Origin: Pocillopora damicornis
Lineage: Eukaryota
Assembly (NCBI RefSeq): GCF_003704095.1
Contig: NW_020846169.1
Coordinates: 124,001-188,000 of the forward strand
Reading direction: 5' to 3'
DNA length: 64,000 bases
Below, piece by piece: positions 51,197 to 64,000 of the stretch; the stretch's first letter is position 1; every line of letters begins with the position of its first letter. Below the pieces are notes generated by a model, which worked only from the letters and a program-made list of their open reading frames with translations, was not told where the DNA came from and did no database searches. A program made the translations under genes and the position numbers.

Positions 51197-52728
51197 TGGA
51201 AAGCGACAAATCAGCGAATAAGAGATTTTTAAGGTGACCTTGGTTCACCATACTTGCTTCAGAGATATTCATCCCGGCTACTATTGAAGTTTCATCTATT
51301 AATTTGATGAAAGATGTTTATTTATAGCTCTACATAGTTGATCAAACACGTGACATTTAAAACATCCTAGAGGCTTGAAGTACGCGATAGAAATACTAAC
51401 TACCGCGATTAACGTAGTATCCTAGACATTGTGTTTGTGTAATTATCTGTAGTTTATTCTGGACAAGAGAAAATATTTCACAAAACAGTCCTTTGTTTTT
51501 TTTTATGATGGCGTTAAAAGAAAGGCGTGTGATTGTGCACCGGAGCGGCGTGGGAGAAAATTACTCAATTATCTGAGCTGCGATAGTAGACGGACTAAAC
51601 TACTCAGAAAATCGGAAACTTGGCGGCTCAAAAAGGACTTGTCAGGCTGTTTTTCGATTACTCTCTTGATGGCAAACTCATTCCATAACATCTTCAAACT
51701 TTTTATATTTTCGTTTCCATCGTATATGTTGATAGAAAATTTGTGCGCTGTTCGATGTGTATTCCGAGCCGATCAAGAAACTGAATTGGTTGACAAGATA
51801 AAAATGGTCCAAGAGGGACACTGCTTTTACGCAGGATCAGAGGTGCTGCGCCTACACTATAGCTAGAATGCTTACGACATTTTGAGGCGTGTTTGTTCTG
51901 AAATGTCACGAGCAGAAAATTTTCTAACAATTTACATAAGTTAACTGCTGACGATAGATATATCGTATCAGAAAGATAGACTGTGTTTGTGAGCTTTTCG
52001 AGAAAAAGTCAGATTTGAAAAATTCTACATCACACAGTTTTATGTAATTAAGAAATTTTCAGATCTATAGTGTTTTCATCGCTTAATCTCAGAAGTAAGG
52101 ATCTTATTACTTATTTTCTTTGCTGTTAAACAAAAATGAATTAGACAGATCTTATCAAGAATGAAACAGTAGGTCCGATGAATGTCAAGTCAGTCCCTCG
52201 GCATCGTGGTAAAAGATAATTATGGGCTTGTGGTTGCGTAATCATAAAACAATTGAATCGTCCGACGTTTGATGGCATGGTAAAAATATTTCATGGTATC
52301 AAGATAAAGATCCTTAACGCTCCAGGTTTTATCATCACTGCATCGAGAACTTCAGACGCCTTTACACAGCTTCAAAGCCATGAAGTACATTCCATTCATG
52401 CTCAGCCAGCTATGGGGAGATTAAGTCATAGACCTCCCCTATAATTAACGACGATCACAACAATCACCGTGAGTGAAGATATGAAGAGAGGGCTCTTTTA
52501 ATTTTGCTGTCTTGTAAAAAAGATCAATTTTGCCATGTAATTAACACATTGTTTACTTCCTTCCTTTGTCTGCAGAACTGTCTTAAATATGAAGCAAACA
52601 GCTCTGAAGTAATGGATCATATTATGCTTCTGCAGTAACCACGTCTTCTCTAAAACGCCTGGAAACACTGAAAATACACTGAAAATTAGAAAGAAGAAGG
52701 AAAATACAAGGAAAACATTTGAGATACA

Positions 52729-54285
52729 ATGCTATCGAACAACACTTACACTAAAGGATTGGAGACAGGCTTGTCCACGTTGTCTCCAACCGACCCATCA
52801 GCAAACCTACATCGGAAACGTTCTCTATCGGAGCTGTACTCATCTTTAGCAATGTATGCCTTTCTTATGGTTGTAAGTCTATCTGGAAATGGCCTCGTCG
52901 TTTCTGCGTACGTTTCAAACAAATGGCTTCGAAAAGCGGTGACGCACACCTTAGTCATAGGGTTGGCAATGGCAGACTTTCTTGTTGGTATGGTTTCGCT
53001 TCCATTTTGGATGAAAATAACTTTCTCAGATTACCACGGTCGTCAGATAGATAGCCACATTTACCAGGTATACATAACAGCCGACATATTCATCGGAACT
53101 GCGTCCATCCTTCAGCTCACTGGAATTAGTATCGAGAGATCTCATGCCATTCTTAGACCATTCAGGCATCGCCAGCTCCCAAGGAAAACCTTCCATATCG
53201 CAGTCGCATCGGTTTGGCTGTTCTCGGCTCTATTAGCTTCTCTGCAACCGTTACAGTATGGTACCGAGTGGCAAACGCCATATACAATTCTGACCGCAAG
53301 TGTGTGTTTCTTTATTCCAGTGATGGTGATTATCACTGCCTACAGTTGCATTTTAGTGGCTGCCAAGAGCAAGGGAAATTTAAGTCAGAGAAAGGCCCAC
53401 AAGACTAGTTTGGAAAAAGAGGTGAGTCTTGTTCCTTTTTCATCTTCTAGGTTTCTGTTTGCCAGACTTGTGGACAATACCTATGTTGACAGTAGGTAAC
53501 AACCCCCTCTTTTATGATTCTTTAACATCAAAACAAAATAATGGGAACTATATTTTGTGTTTAAGGGATGGAATTTTAAAACAGTGTTCAATCAGAGGCC
53601 CGCTCCAACTCCTAAAGTGGATGCTGGATGCACCCCGTTCAATCTGTACCGCGTTATGTAATATTCTGGTGTCTCATCCAAAAGTACCTCGAGTCGGACA
53701 CCCGTATTTTGAAAAATGGTACCTTAAGGTGAAACGAATCCACTACATTTCATATCAAATATTCCCTCACTCCATTTGTTTATCTCAAATTTCTCATTAC
53801 AGATTCGGCTGTCTTTAACCGTAGCTCTCATAACAATGCTATTTATCATCGCATGGCTGCCCCTTTTCGTCTTGACCATGATTGCTACGTTTGACCCAGA
53901 GTCCCTTCCTTCACCGATCATTTTCGCCCGCCTGCTGCAATTCGTCAAATGGATGCACTACTGTTCAAGTGCAGTAAACCCGTTCTTGTACTCTTACCGA
54001 AATCCCGACATGCGCAGAACAATTGCAGTGCTTCTTCGCCGTCTGGTTCTTCAGGGCCCAGGTGTAGACGAAGTGTTCAGGAGACGCTCCAGCGATATTT
54101 CCACGACTCGTGTGAGAAAAGTTAGTATCTGCTCGGATAAGAGCCGAAAGGTCAGCACAGAGAGCCAGCAAAGTTGCTTAGGAGCTCGTTCCGCATTTTC
54201 GCGGATTAGTGTTAGAGGACGAGGTAACTCTTCTGAAGATAAAGAAATGGGACACAAAAGGCTGGAGTTCAACAACAACATTTAA
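52729..54285 (+). CDS. Class A GPCR, aminergic-like, 2 coding exons (52729-53421, 53803-54285; 391 aa)
   Basis: Motifs GN, LAMAD, D3.32 (ADIF), ERS, AWLP and WMHY...NPFLY. A phase-0 intron GAG|gtgagt...ttacag|ATT lies in ICL3. Confidence 0.92.
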
Positions 54286-57200
54286 CGGAAGACCTCGACA
54301 TGACTAAGAGGATTTTTGTATTCTCTTTCTAGGAGCATAAATTTTTATGGAGGCCCCTTTCTGGAATGAATTTGGTCAGAGTCGAAATGATTAGTCGCAA
54401 GTAAAAGAAATTTTGAGTTTTGTCCATCAGAATGTTCTAATGAAATTCCAGGTTATACTTTACCCAGTGGTAGAGAATGAAATTATTCGCACTGAGAATT
54501 GCGATTGTTTCCTCTCAGAATATCTACTCAAAAACACCAATAACTCACATAATGTTTATATCATGGATGATACTGTTTTAACACCTAACGCTTTTATTTT
54601 TGTTCTCATCAATAATTTCATTATTTTATTTTAAATCTGCAAAAGTGTCACTGGTGATAGTTCTGATTATGCTTGTTTGTTATGTGGACATGCTTTCTCC
54701 AAAAATTATGTGTTATCCCAACCCGAAGTTGAGGGCACATGTGTAAAATGTATAAAACAAGACTAGGTCCGATAATACTTGGTCTTTAAAGGCGTTTTTA
54801 TTTTGAAGTAAGTCTTAGAATAGTGTAGTAGCTAAGGAATACCGAAGACGAAATCAACCAAAGTAGCTAACAAAAATGGCAGGGGAGGGGGCAGACGAAC
54901 CTGACCAGTGCAGGCTTGAGTTCTCTGAGCCTACGAACATTCTCTGTTTCAATTTCTCTCTGCAACAGGAACTCAATTTTTCCCGGGCATTTAAAATCCC
55001 TGGAAATTAGGGGCAATCGCTAGCTTTATGCATGCGCGTACAAGAACAGTTATTTCATTATTTCACCAGCATGAACTGATATTGAAGCTCTCTTCTCTAC
55101 TTGCGATAGTGATGCATGAATATCCTATGTAGCTGATGACTGTTTATCGAATTTCTGCATCCTTGTCATAGGTGCCTTAATAAGTGGAAGAGTAACTGAA
55201 TAAAAGGCTGAATTGAAATTTTGATTTGCAATTAAAATGACTACAAGCAATCACATGATTTCGCGTGCAATAGGGATAAATCAGCTGGAGTCAATTTTTC
55301 AAAAGCCCGTAGGGAAAAAGCAATTTGTAGTCTTTGAAAGATTTACTGATGCTGACTTATTCCAAATTGCACGGGAAAAAATATGTGATCACTAGTTAAT
55401 GATATCAGATGCACGCAAAAAGATGACTGTTTTCCATATGAGTTGTCTTTGATTCCTTTCATAGGTTACCATTTAGGCCTTTGCCTTGTTGCCGGAGTAG
55501 TCGGGCTTTTTCGCCAAGAATTTTCTTCAAACTTTTAAAACCTTTATTTCGAGAATAATTAAGCGTTTGTATTCTTTTTTTGCACTTGGGTGTCATCGAC
55601 AACAATAACCATTTCACGAAAGCTATGACGCTCGTAATCTTTCCCGTCTTTCGGATAAACTGTTTACTAAAACTCCTCAAGAATTCTATTCAGGGCCTCC
55701 GGTTCATACTTCCATATTCGTAACTGGAAGTCAGACTTAAAGCCAGCAGTTTTTACTTTGTTGGGTGTTTTTGTTTTTAGCATTCTCCCTCCAACACTTA
55801 ATAAAAGGTTGTTACTTTCTTCACACCTGTCCGCCATTTTGTTTTGTTGTGCTTTGGTGACTTACCTCTCAATCATTTTATTTTCAACTTTCTGCACTCA
55901 ATTTTGATTTTCTGCACAGTTTGAAGTTAATTGACGTGTACTCAGCCGATGAGCAAGCTGAAAGTTTTGCATGTGTATTATTAGTAGTGGTAAGAACATG
56001 ATTTCGGATGCAATTTGGTGTTGATAAGCATGAGAAAATTTTTCGAAGACAACAAAATTGCACGAGCCCGTGGGACAAGAGAATCATGTTATTACTTGTT
56101 AATGATGTTCATGAAAAAACATAACAGGAAGTTATGACAAACGAAATTTTGAAAGCGTGCGCGCTATTTGTAATTTGTACTCGTATTACAAGAGAATACA
56201 TTCGTTTTCAGCCAATCAGAGGCGCGTAATTTTTTTCGTGTGCATTATTAGCCCGAGAAACCTTGTGAGTATTTCGCTAATCAACATAACGGGGGTCCCA
56301 TAAGAACAATATTTTTCTCAGGGGTCTCAACAAAGGGTTGCTTCGACGGTTTACGATTAATCATTTTTCTTTTCTGATTTTGACGGTTTGATTTTAGGAT
56401 ATTGAGTCCAAATTATTTTTATCCTTTGGTTTTTTTTTGACAAGATCTCAAAGACCTTGGAACTTTTTGATAATTGCCCTTAAGCTACTCTTTTGACAAT
56501 TGACAGTTATAATTTATTTTTATCGAAGGTGGACGGTGAAGTTAGACTGTTTGACGGCCGAAGTTTAATTCCTTTGAGACCCTCCTTTCAGAGAGACAAT
56601 TCTCTAGTCAAGTCTATATCTACTCAAGTGAACATTTGTTAAACATCCCACAGAAAATTTTAGACAAATTTTAGTCAACAAAAAAATTTGAAAATAAAAA
56701 AAATCTTTACCGCTCTTTCCACGTTCTGTTAGGTTTAATTCAATTTAATGTATGCGTCCAGCTCTTTTACCAGCTTTAATTCAGGACCATGCATTCACGC
56801 GGATCGTTCCTGAGGTAAAGTAGTTCACGACTCTTGAATTTTGTATGCGATCTCCTTCATAAGCTCTTGACGAGACCACGCCCTAAATTCCCCTTAAAAC
56901 ACCTTTGGTGGGCATAGCATCCAAATTGGTTAATCATGGTAATGAAACTAAGTGGATTGCAGTTTGGTCAGACAAAGGTTCCAAAGTTCAAATGAGGCCT
57001 TAAATCACTATAAAATTGATGTTATCTTTTACCTTTTTTAAAATCCAAGCTTTCGCCGATCCACGGCATCATCAAGGATGAGAAAAAATTTCTGCATAAG
57101 GCTTAAATACAACTGTAGAGTGAAAACGTGTGGAAAGCAAAAGAATACGAGGTGAAAAATATATGATAAATAATAAGGTACAAATATGAATAAAAACGGA

Positions 57201-59394
57201 TAAAATGATCTTATGAGCGAGTGTCTTATGAGCGTAAAGATAAAAATGATCTCATAAGCGAGTGTCAATACGCAATGAGTCTCTCTAGATATGACAAAAT
57301 ATTCATTCGAACAAAAGGTCCGCGAATTCGCTACATTTTCGAGAGTTAAGGGTAGGTTTGTATATTCGTATGTAGAATGCTTCGAACCGTATAATTGTCT
57401 CGATCGTTTCGATGCCTTTGTGGACTTTGTTTTGGCACTTTGAGATGTTCTTTACGGAGGAGTTTTCATTGTCCATGTGTTCTCTTCAGTATACGATCTT
57501 GGATGAAACGTGTCGTGCTTCCGATGAAGTGTTGACTGCAGTTGCTACACGTAATTTGATGAACAGTGTTTCTTAGTTAAAACAATTTGGTGCTGGATAT
57601 GGGGAAGTTGTTCTTCGTGCATATCCGTTCCGTATATTGTAACAAAGATGGTGCGATTTGTAAATAAATCGCACTGATGAGTGCTAATCAGATTCCAACC
57701 GAAAGAGGAATCTTAATTGACAATCAATTCTTGTTCATAAGCTTGTTGCGCAGTTAAAATCAACAATCGTGGTGTACTTTTCCTAGGGAAAGATATCTCT
57801 GGGTTTCTTGTTGATACTTTTAGAAGGCGTGTTTCTCTATTTTCAAAATTTTCAGTGCTTTATTTGCATGAAACTTTTGAACTTTTCATCACTGCAAAGT
57901 TCACATCTGTGAGAGTTTTCTTAAACTTGGAGATTATCTCAAGATTAACCGTCGTGCTTTCGATTGTTTAGTATAAAGTCAGATGTGCCTGCTCGATCTC
58001 CCATAGAGCACAAGTGTAATGTCAGCTCCCAAGGTTAAGGTGATTCCTCAGAAAAAAAAGTTATCGAACAATTTTTTTTTTAAAACGTGCCTACCAATGT
58101 CTGTTTTGAAATTAATAATAAAAAAGATAGGTCACCGTGCTTGTTTAGGAGATATAATGGGCCAAACTTACCCCATTGATGTCTGAACTGGCACTGATTA
58201 CGCGCTTTATTTCATTGGTTCATTTTACATTTTGAGATAGCTTGAAACAAAAGTTTTTATAGTAATATTTGAAAAAACTTGATACGTAGCAACTTTTTAG
58301 CGTTTGTAACAATTTAATATATAATTTGAGAAAAATCAATCAATTTGGCCCATGTACTGCCATTCTATCGAAGTTTTGCAGAGGAGTGGTTACGATTTTT
58401 TCCAACTCTACGGATTAATCGATCTCCCACCTGCGAATACTACCATTTCCTTACCTTTATTTGGGCTGGTGAAGATAAAAGTTTTTTGAATGCTTTATCC
58501 AGATATTATTGTTTATCGCATGTATCGATGGTGCAAACCATGTTCAAAATCTAACTTACATGATAAAGTCACGTGATACGTTTACCAATGGAATCAACTG
58601 TTTATTTTTGAGTCAATTTTATTTTGAATGCTACTATCTATTAAAAGATATTAAATCCATAGTAAATGAACGAATACGGAAAGTGGAATAGTACGACGAA
58701 ATAAGTTGCAGTGAGGTTGTGTATTCAAATTGACTCTTAAGAAATGCTTAACAAGGTGAGGCAGTGCTCTCTGCTTTATATCAACCACATAGAGCAGCAT
58801 TAAGGGTAAAACTTACACATCAAAAAGCTATTTTAATGACTCTCTATTCATACTTAGTTAATTTTTCTAATAGGTACGGGTCGACATTTCTGTTTTCTTT
58901 TTAAGATAACAGACTTCAGTCTCTTACAATTGCAAGAATACGCTCTCGTCCGTAAGTTCCCGCTAAGGAGCCATGCATTATAAAAGTATACTAGGTATAA
59001 TTTAGAAGTGTTAGTTAGATCTCAAATTGCTGAAACGTTTGAATTTTTTTCTTCGTATTAGCTATGGAGTGAAGCATTTAAATATTACAAGCAACATTGG
59101 CTTTTTAAAACTGTTCACGAAATTTAGTCAATTTCAAACGATTTTCTTAAAAATTGGAGAAATGTCGAGCTCACGAAATAAAACTTTACCAGCTATAGTG
59201 GCTGCGAAAATTAACATGTGAGAAACATTCACATCTGTTTTCGTACCTCATGAATGTAGCTGTAGATCTTAACTGAATGTATCCCCTAGTACAGTGCCCG
59301 TTACAAAATTGAGGAGTCCTACCATCTAGGAAAGTTTTTAACAGATTTAAACATGAATATTGCATTCATACGACAGAGAAAAATAAGTCGGCGT

Positions 59395-62300
59395 TTACTG
59401 GGTAATATCCTCTGCGACAGCCTTCAGCCAGTATGTACGCATCCTTCCCTTGCCCTGCGCCAGAAAAAGTAGAAATGTAAACTAAGAATTACTTATGAAA
59501 TTGAAAAAGCTTCTGTTGTCAGGGTATTAATTAACTGATATTCTAATTCAAGATATGGTTTTAGCGCTTGTTTCACGGGTATTTTGAACTAATGAAAATA
59601 GTTTGTATAGGAAACACAAAACCTTTCCTAGGATAAACCATTTTCTTAAGTGGTTAGGCCTACAAGAGCAACAAAGTTACACGTACCTTAACCTCTAAAT
59701 AGGTCCTGAATTCGGCTTCGTAGCATCCAAGCTGGTCCAAAATGTCTTTGGTGTATTCTGTTATATGTATTTTTTGAGCTAAGAAAAGAAAATGAACAAG
59801 CCAAGAGTTAACTCACTCTTAACCTAAAGAAAGAAAATTGCAGCTGCAGCCTAATTCTTTTGGATACATAAAATAACATATTGGCGCTCTCCAAACTCTC
59901 GACTAAGTCCTCCAAGTTCCTGTAAACTACAACACTCACACGAGTGATCTGCATTTAACGAATCATTGTTAAAAAGTTCAACTGAATGATAAGACAACGA
60001 GCCTCGTTGACTGCACCTAAGTGTAACAACAGCCAGTTGCACATGAGCTTAATATTTGCTTAACTCAGTCTCAGTCTGTAACTCAGTGGTAGAGAATCGA
60101 TGCGCAACATCCGAAAGTCTAAGGTTCTTTTTCTTATGAAGACTCAGAATCTGTTTTTGTCCCACGTTCGTGACAAAACTCCTTCCTTGATTCGTCAAAT
60201 TTGTCATCTTTGTTATTCCAAATGAATGTTATCGAATTAGCTTTCAGCCTGAGAACTGAAGACTTGATGCTGCATGTCCACTACGAATAGATGCTATTCC
60301 ACCCAGCCTGCGTATGCTCACGTAGAGAACGAAAAAGATGTTATACAAGTTCATTGCGCGACAGAGGCTCACGTACTGAAAAGCAACTAATTCATGACAA
60401 CTTTACTTAAATCAGCAGTTTGATAAAAAAAAAAAGTGTGTGAAGAAAAGTGCCACTCCTTACTTTCCTCACTTTATTCCACCACTGATTCGAGTTACTT
60501 ACGTTCTCCCGTGGTTTGCATTCGTGAAGCAGTGTTCACTGTATCACCAAACAAACAATATCGAGGCATTTTGGTGCCAACAACACCAGCGACGCATGGT
60601 CCTAGACGGAAGCATTCGATCAAAATTAAGAAGAAATTGCTTAAATTGTAAATACTAACCATAAGGCTTTTTTTTTTTACATTATTACGACACGATGTTA
60701 ACCATTAGCGTATAGCACAAACGCAGCAAACAGTGCTATTAATTACTTCCGAGAAGCCAATGAGAAATAAAGCGGCTTTCTCAGCATTGCACTGCACATC
60801 CTGTGCTGTGCATCAAAATCACATCATTAGGCGAGTAATAGAGCGCACTTTCCGAGATCATGGTATTGTTTTTCAATCAATGAACGGAGTAAACAAGTAA
60901 AATGTTTTTTTTAGTCTTGAACGAGCACGGTGGCCTATATTTTTTATCGCATGAGTTTGGTGTGCATATTATCCCCTTTTAATTAGGTAAATTTAAAAAT
61001 TACCAGAGGGAAAAAAGATATGGCTAAAAAAAATGCACGAAGCTCGAGGATGCAAATTATGAACTTAAAAGCAACGATTCGAGAGATGTTTTGATCGCGT
61101 GATTGTTCACAAAATTAATTGCGTGTTACATTGTTCTACACACTCGAGACTTCCTACCTATCAAGTTTTACGCAAAACACTTGATTCCAGCTACCAAAAA
61201 AAGTAACGTGAACCGATGAAATGACCTGCGTGATAAGTACCAGTACAGGTATAAATGGGGAAAGATTGACTTATCATATCTCTTAAGCAAGCACAGCTCC
61301 CTATCTTTTTCATTGTAGTTTTTGAAACAGGACACGTCACTCGCCTTTCGCGCCACTTGGTCAGGTGTATGACTAAGGTCGTTTGTCGGATTTTTTCGGA
61401 TTTTGGCTCCTAAAACACTGAAAAACCCGTATTGCTTACAGAGAGTGACGTTTAAACTTTCTTAGAAGGGGAAGAAAGCTGAAATACTAAAAGAAAAAAA
61501 CCGAAAGTTATGCATTCAGTGGCTTTGGTTAAGAAAAAAAATCGACGACTAACAGATATGTCATAAGCCAATTTTAGCCGCGTACCTGAAAGATTTCTTC
61601 TGTCGGTAAGGACCAAGTCAATAACTCAGAATTTTGTTTTTGTAGTGATTCAACGCATGTTTTTATCTTGAGTGAGCCAGCGCACTTTTCGATTTTAATT
61701 CGGGGATTGTTGATCCTTTTCATTCATTAACACAGTCGACATTTCTTGTCAGCAAGGGGCTTTTGCACGTATATGACAAATAAACAGTACTTGGTTGCTT
61801 GTAGATATGAACTATCTCTTCTCGTGTTCGACTCGACATCTCACTCGTTCGCTGCGCTCACTTGTGAGCTATCGAGTTTAACACTCGAAGATAAATTCCA
61901 TCTCTATGCGCACCTATGCATTATCTCTATTTTCTAGGAAATCATTTTAACTGTAAGTTTCTGTATATTTACCAAAACGAAACATATTTTAACCTGTACT
62001 TACCAGTATTTATTCCAATCCGCACTGAGAGTTTTCCTGTAGAGAACTGTGGCAGCTCCATTTCATCCACTGCCGTAAGCAAATCAAGCGCCATGCGAGC
62101 TATTTGGTCAACGTGTTGAATGCCATTCCGTTCGGGAAGCCCAGATGCAACCATGTATGCATCACCAATGGTCTCCACTTTATATACGTCATAAGTATTG
62201 ATGCGCTCATCAAAAACACCATACACGGCGTCTAGCATGCCTGTTACCTAAATCGATATATAATTTTTCGTCAGTATGGACCCTCGTCAGTACTCGGTTC

Positions 62301-63795
62301 TAGCAAGCTAAGCATTGTATCTAGATTTGCTTTATCCTTAGAGAAATAAGAGACTTTCATCTCGTAGTTTTTTTGAGGTATTGTAGCCATACAGAAGTAG
62401 CTTCCCTCCTTACAAAGTCTTTTCTGCCCATTCAGTAATGGTAGCACCCTTTCTTAGAAGGAGAAAAATCTCCCAAATTCTATTGAGCGTTAAAATGATT
62501 ATTTAAACTCGTACCTGTAAAGGAGTCATGACAGAACACATCTCTGTAAAGCCGACGATGTCACTAAAAAATATTGTGACACTTTTAAAGTACTCGGCTG
62601 GAACTTGCTGCTTTTTCTTAAGCATCTCAGCGACAGAATGAGGAAACATTTGGTAAAGGAGTGTATCTGCTCGCCTCTTCTCTTCTTGTAGCTCCAAGGT
62701 CTTTTGTGCCAGCTTGAATGTGTAATTTTGAATCGTCCCGGTCATTCGGTAAACGGAAATTACCAGGAAGGGAATCAAAAGGAACGCAAAAATGAGAAAC
62801 GACAATCGCATGGCCAAGTCTGACTTTTTAGATTTCTTTGTGTCTTCCAGGCGTTTTCTGAGGATGTCACCTGCATTATTTTGTACCTTGAACAACTTGT
62901 TAAGGTACTTCGTCATGAGATCGAACCAATCTTCGCCTTTTTGTGATGACCCATTGCTGGCTTTGTTTGTGAAAATTACACTTCGGTTTTTCTCAATCGA
63001 AGCTAACAGGTCGTCGTTTACATTTTGATCTAACTCCATACTAATCTCGGGCATTAACATTCCACTCGACTTCAAGTATTCTCCTCCGAGTATACTGTGG
63101 TTTGCATAATACACAAGGTTTGTGTTGTTGAATTGTCCCTTTGCGAAAAAGGATCCACCAAGCGCTCGTTCTATGCCAATTTTATCCTTCCCGGTAAGGA
63201 ACATGTAGTATCCAATCATATCCACGTTGATCTCCTGGGAGGTATTTTTGATCGTGTCAAAGAACCAATCAAGCATCAAGTTGATTGGATGAGTATAGAA
63301 CTTAATTTGACCGTTCGGTTCGCCGCTTGTACAGTTCTCCCCAACATAATTCCTGTGAACCTTCAAATGTTCGTGAAAACGGTCGGCACTGGCAAGGAAA
63401 GGTGCAATGGATAGGTGCAAGAATGGCCACTCCGTTTCTTCCAGAGCCTTGTCCGTTTCTTTTCGGGCATTGTTCATTTTGTCGTAAACGCTTTGCGTTA
63501 TTTTTCCTGAACTTCGGGAACTGAGGCACAATACAGTAAGGCCACGCTCTATTTGCAAGCGATGAATAAGATATGCCACCTGAAGGCTTGATTGCAACTT
63601 ATCTTCCATTTCGCTTGCTAAATTAATACTCTTGTGTGCCTGGCGGACATCCTCAGCGACGAAGATGAGAAGGCCGAGCACGGCTATCATCGCCACACCG
63701 ATGATCTTCAGCGACTGCACGCGACGGCCAGCCGATGTGGTAACGTCGTATCGCCAGCATGAACGAAATAAGCCAGCCGCTTTATTGACTGCCAT
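59395..63795 (-). CDS. NIT-domain membrane guanylyl cyclase (NIT-GC; TM-NIT-TM-coiled coil-cyclase, ~591 aa, 5 exons)
   Basis: Exons: 63795-62515, 62247-62004, 60601-60503, 59778-59687, 59454-59395 (GT-AG, in phase). NIT motifs [10 protein letters not shown] and KDKIGIERA; signalling helix [15 protein letters not shown]. Cyclase motifs [46 protein letters not shown]. Confidence 0.93.
60078..60180 (+). mobile_element. Decayed tRNA-derived SINE; related copies at ~30338-30435, ~36540-36610, ~42740-42830
   Basis: A-box-like taactcagtggtagag and a shared downstream motif tcccacg(c/t)tcg(t/a)ga. Confidence 0.5.
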
Positions 63796-64000
63796 TTGTG
63801 TAATTATTCAAACTAAAATATGAAAGAGAGAAAATTGAGTGACCTAGCTACTGACAGTCTATCTCCTTCCACCTGCTTTCGATTGAATTGCACTTCTATA
63901 ATCAACCCGTTGATTTGAAAATCGGTTCAGTAGATCGATATTTGTCAAAAAGATGGAGTATTTAATAACTAACAGTGCATGCACGAAGTCATTCAGACAA

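Noticed and set aside
57645-57715. Possible hammerhead ribozyme (hairpin gtgcgattt/aaatcgcac, then CTGATGA ... CGAAA)
   Set aside because: There is no NUH cleavage triplet in the right place and no convincing stems II or III. At best it is a truncated Penelope/retrozyme remnant.

Overview
Eukaryotic, AT-rich, intron-containing genomic DNA. It is most likely an anthozoan cnidarian such as a stony coral; that is inferred from gene and repeat content, not proven. I assembled eight protein-coding genes by hand from GT-AG splice sites with consistent phases: an intronless ELAV/Hu RNA-binding gene (-), two intronless class I glutamine-amidotransferase/gamma-glutamyl-peptidase-like paralogs (+), a 6-coding-exon calcyphosin-like EF-hand gene (-), an 11-exon ~778-aa gene (-), two class A GPCRs (+), and a 5-exon NIT-domain membrane guanylyl cyclase (-). 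The 11-exon gene is the most striking item: it fuses an acyl-CoA-dehydrogenase-fold domain that lacks the usual catalytic Glu to a cytochrome-b5-reductase/FNR-type FAD/NAD(P)H module, suggesting a self-sufficient redox enzyme. The ORF track shows it only as fragments. Introns and intergenic DNA hold degraded Harbinger, Gypsy and Penelope elements, MITEs, tRNA-derived SINEs and a 240-N assembly gap.
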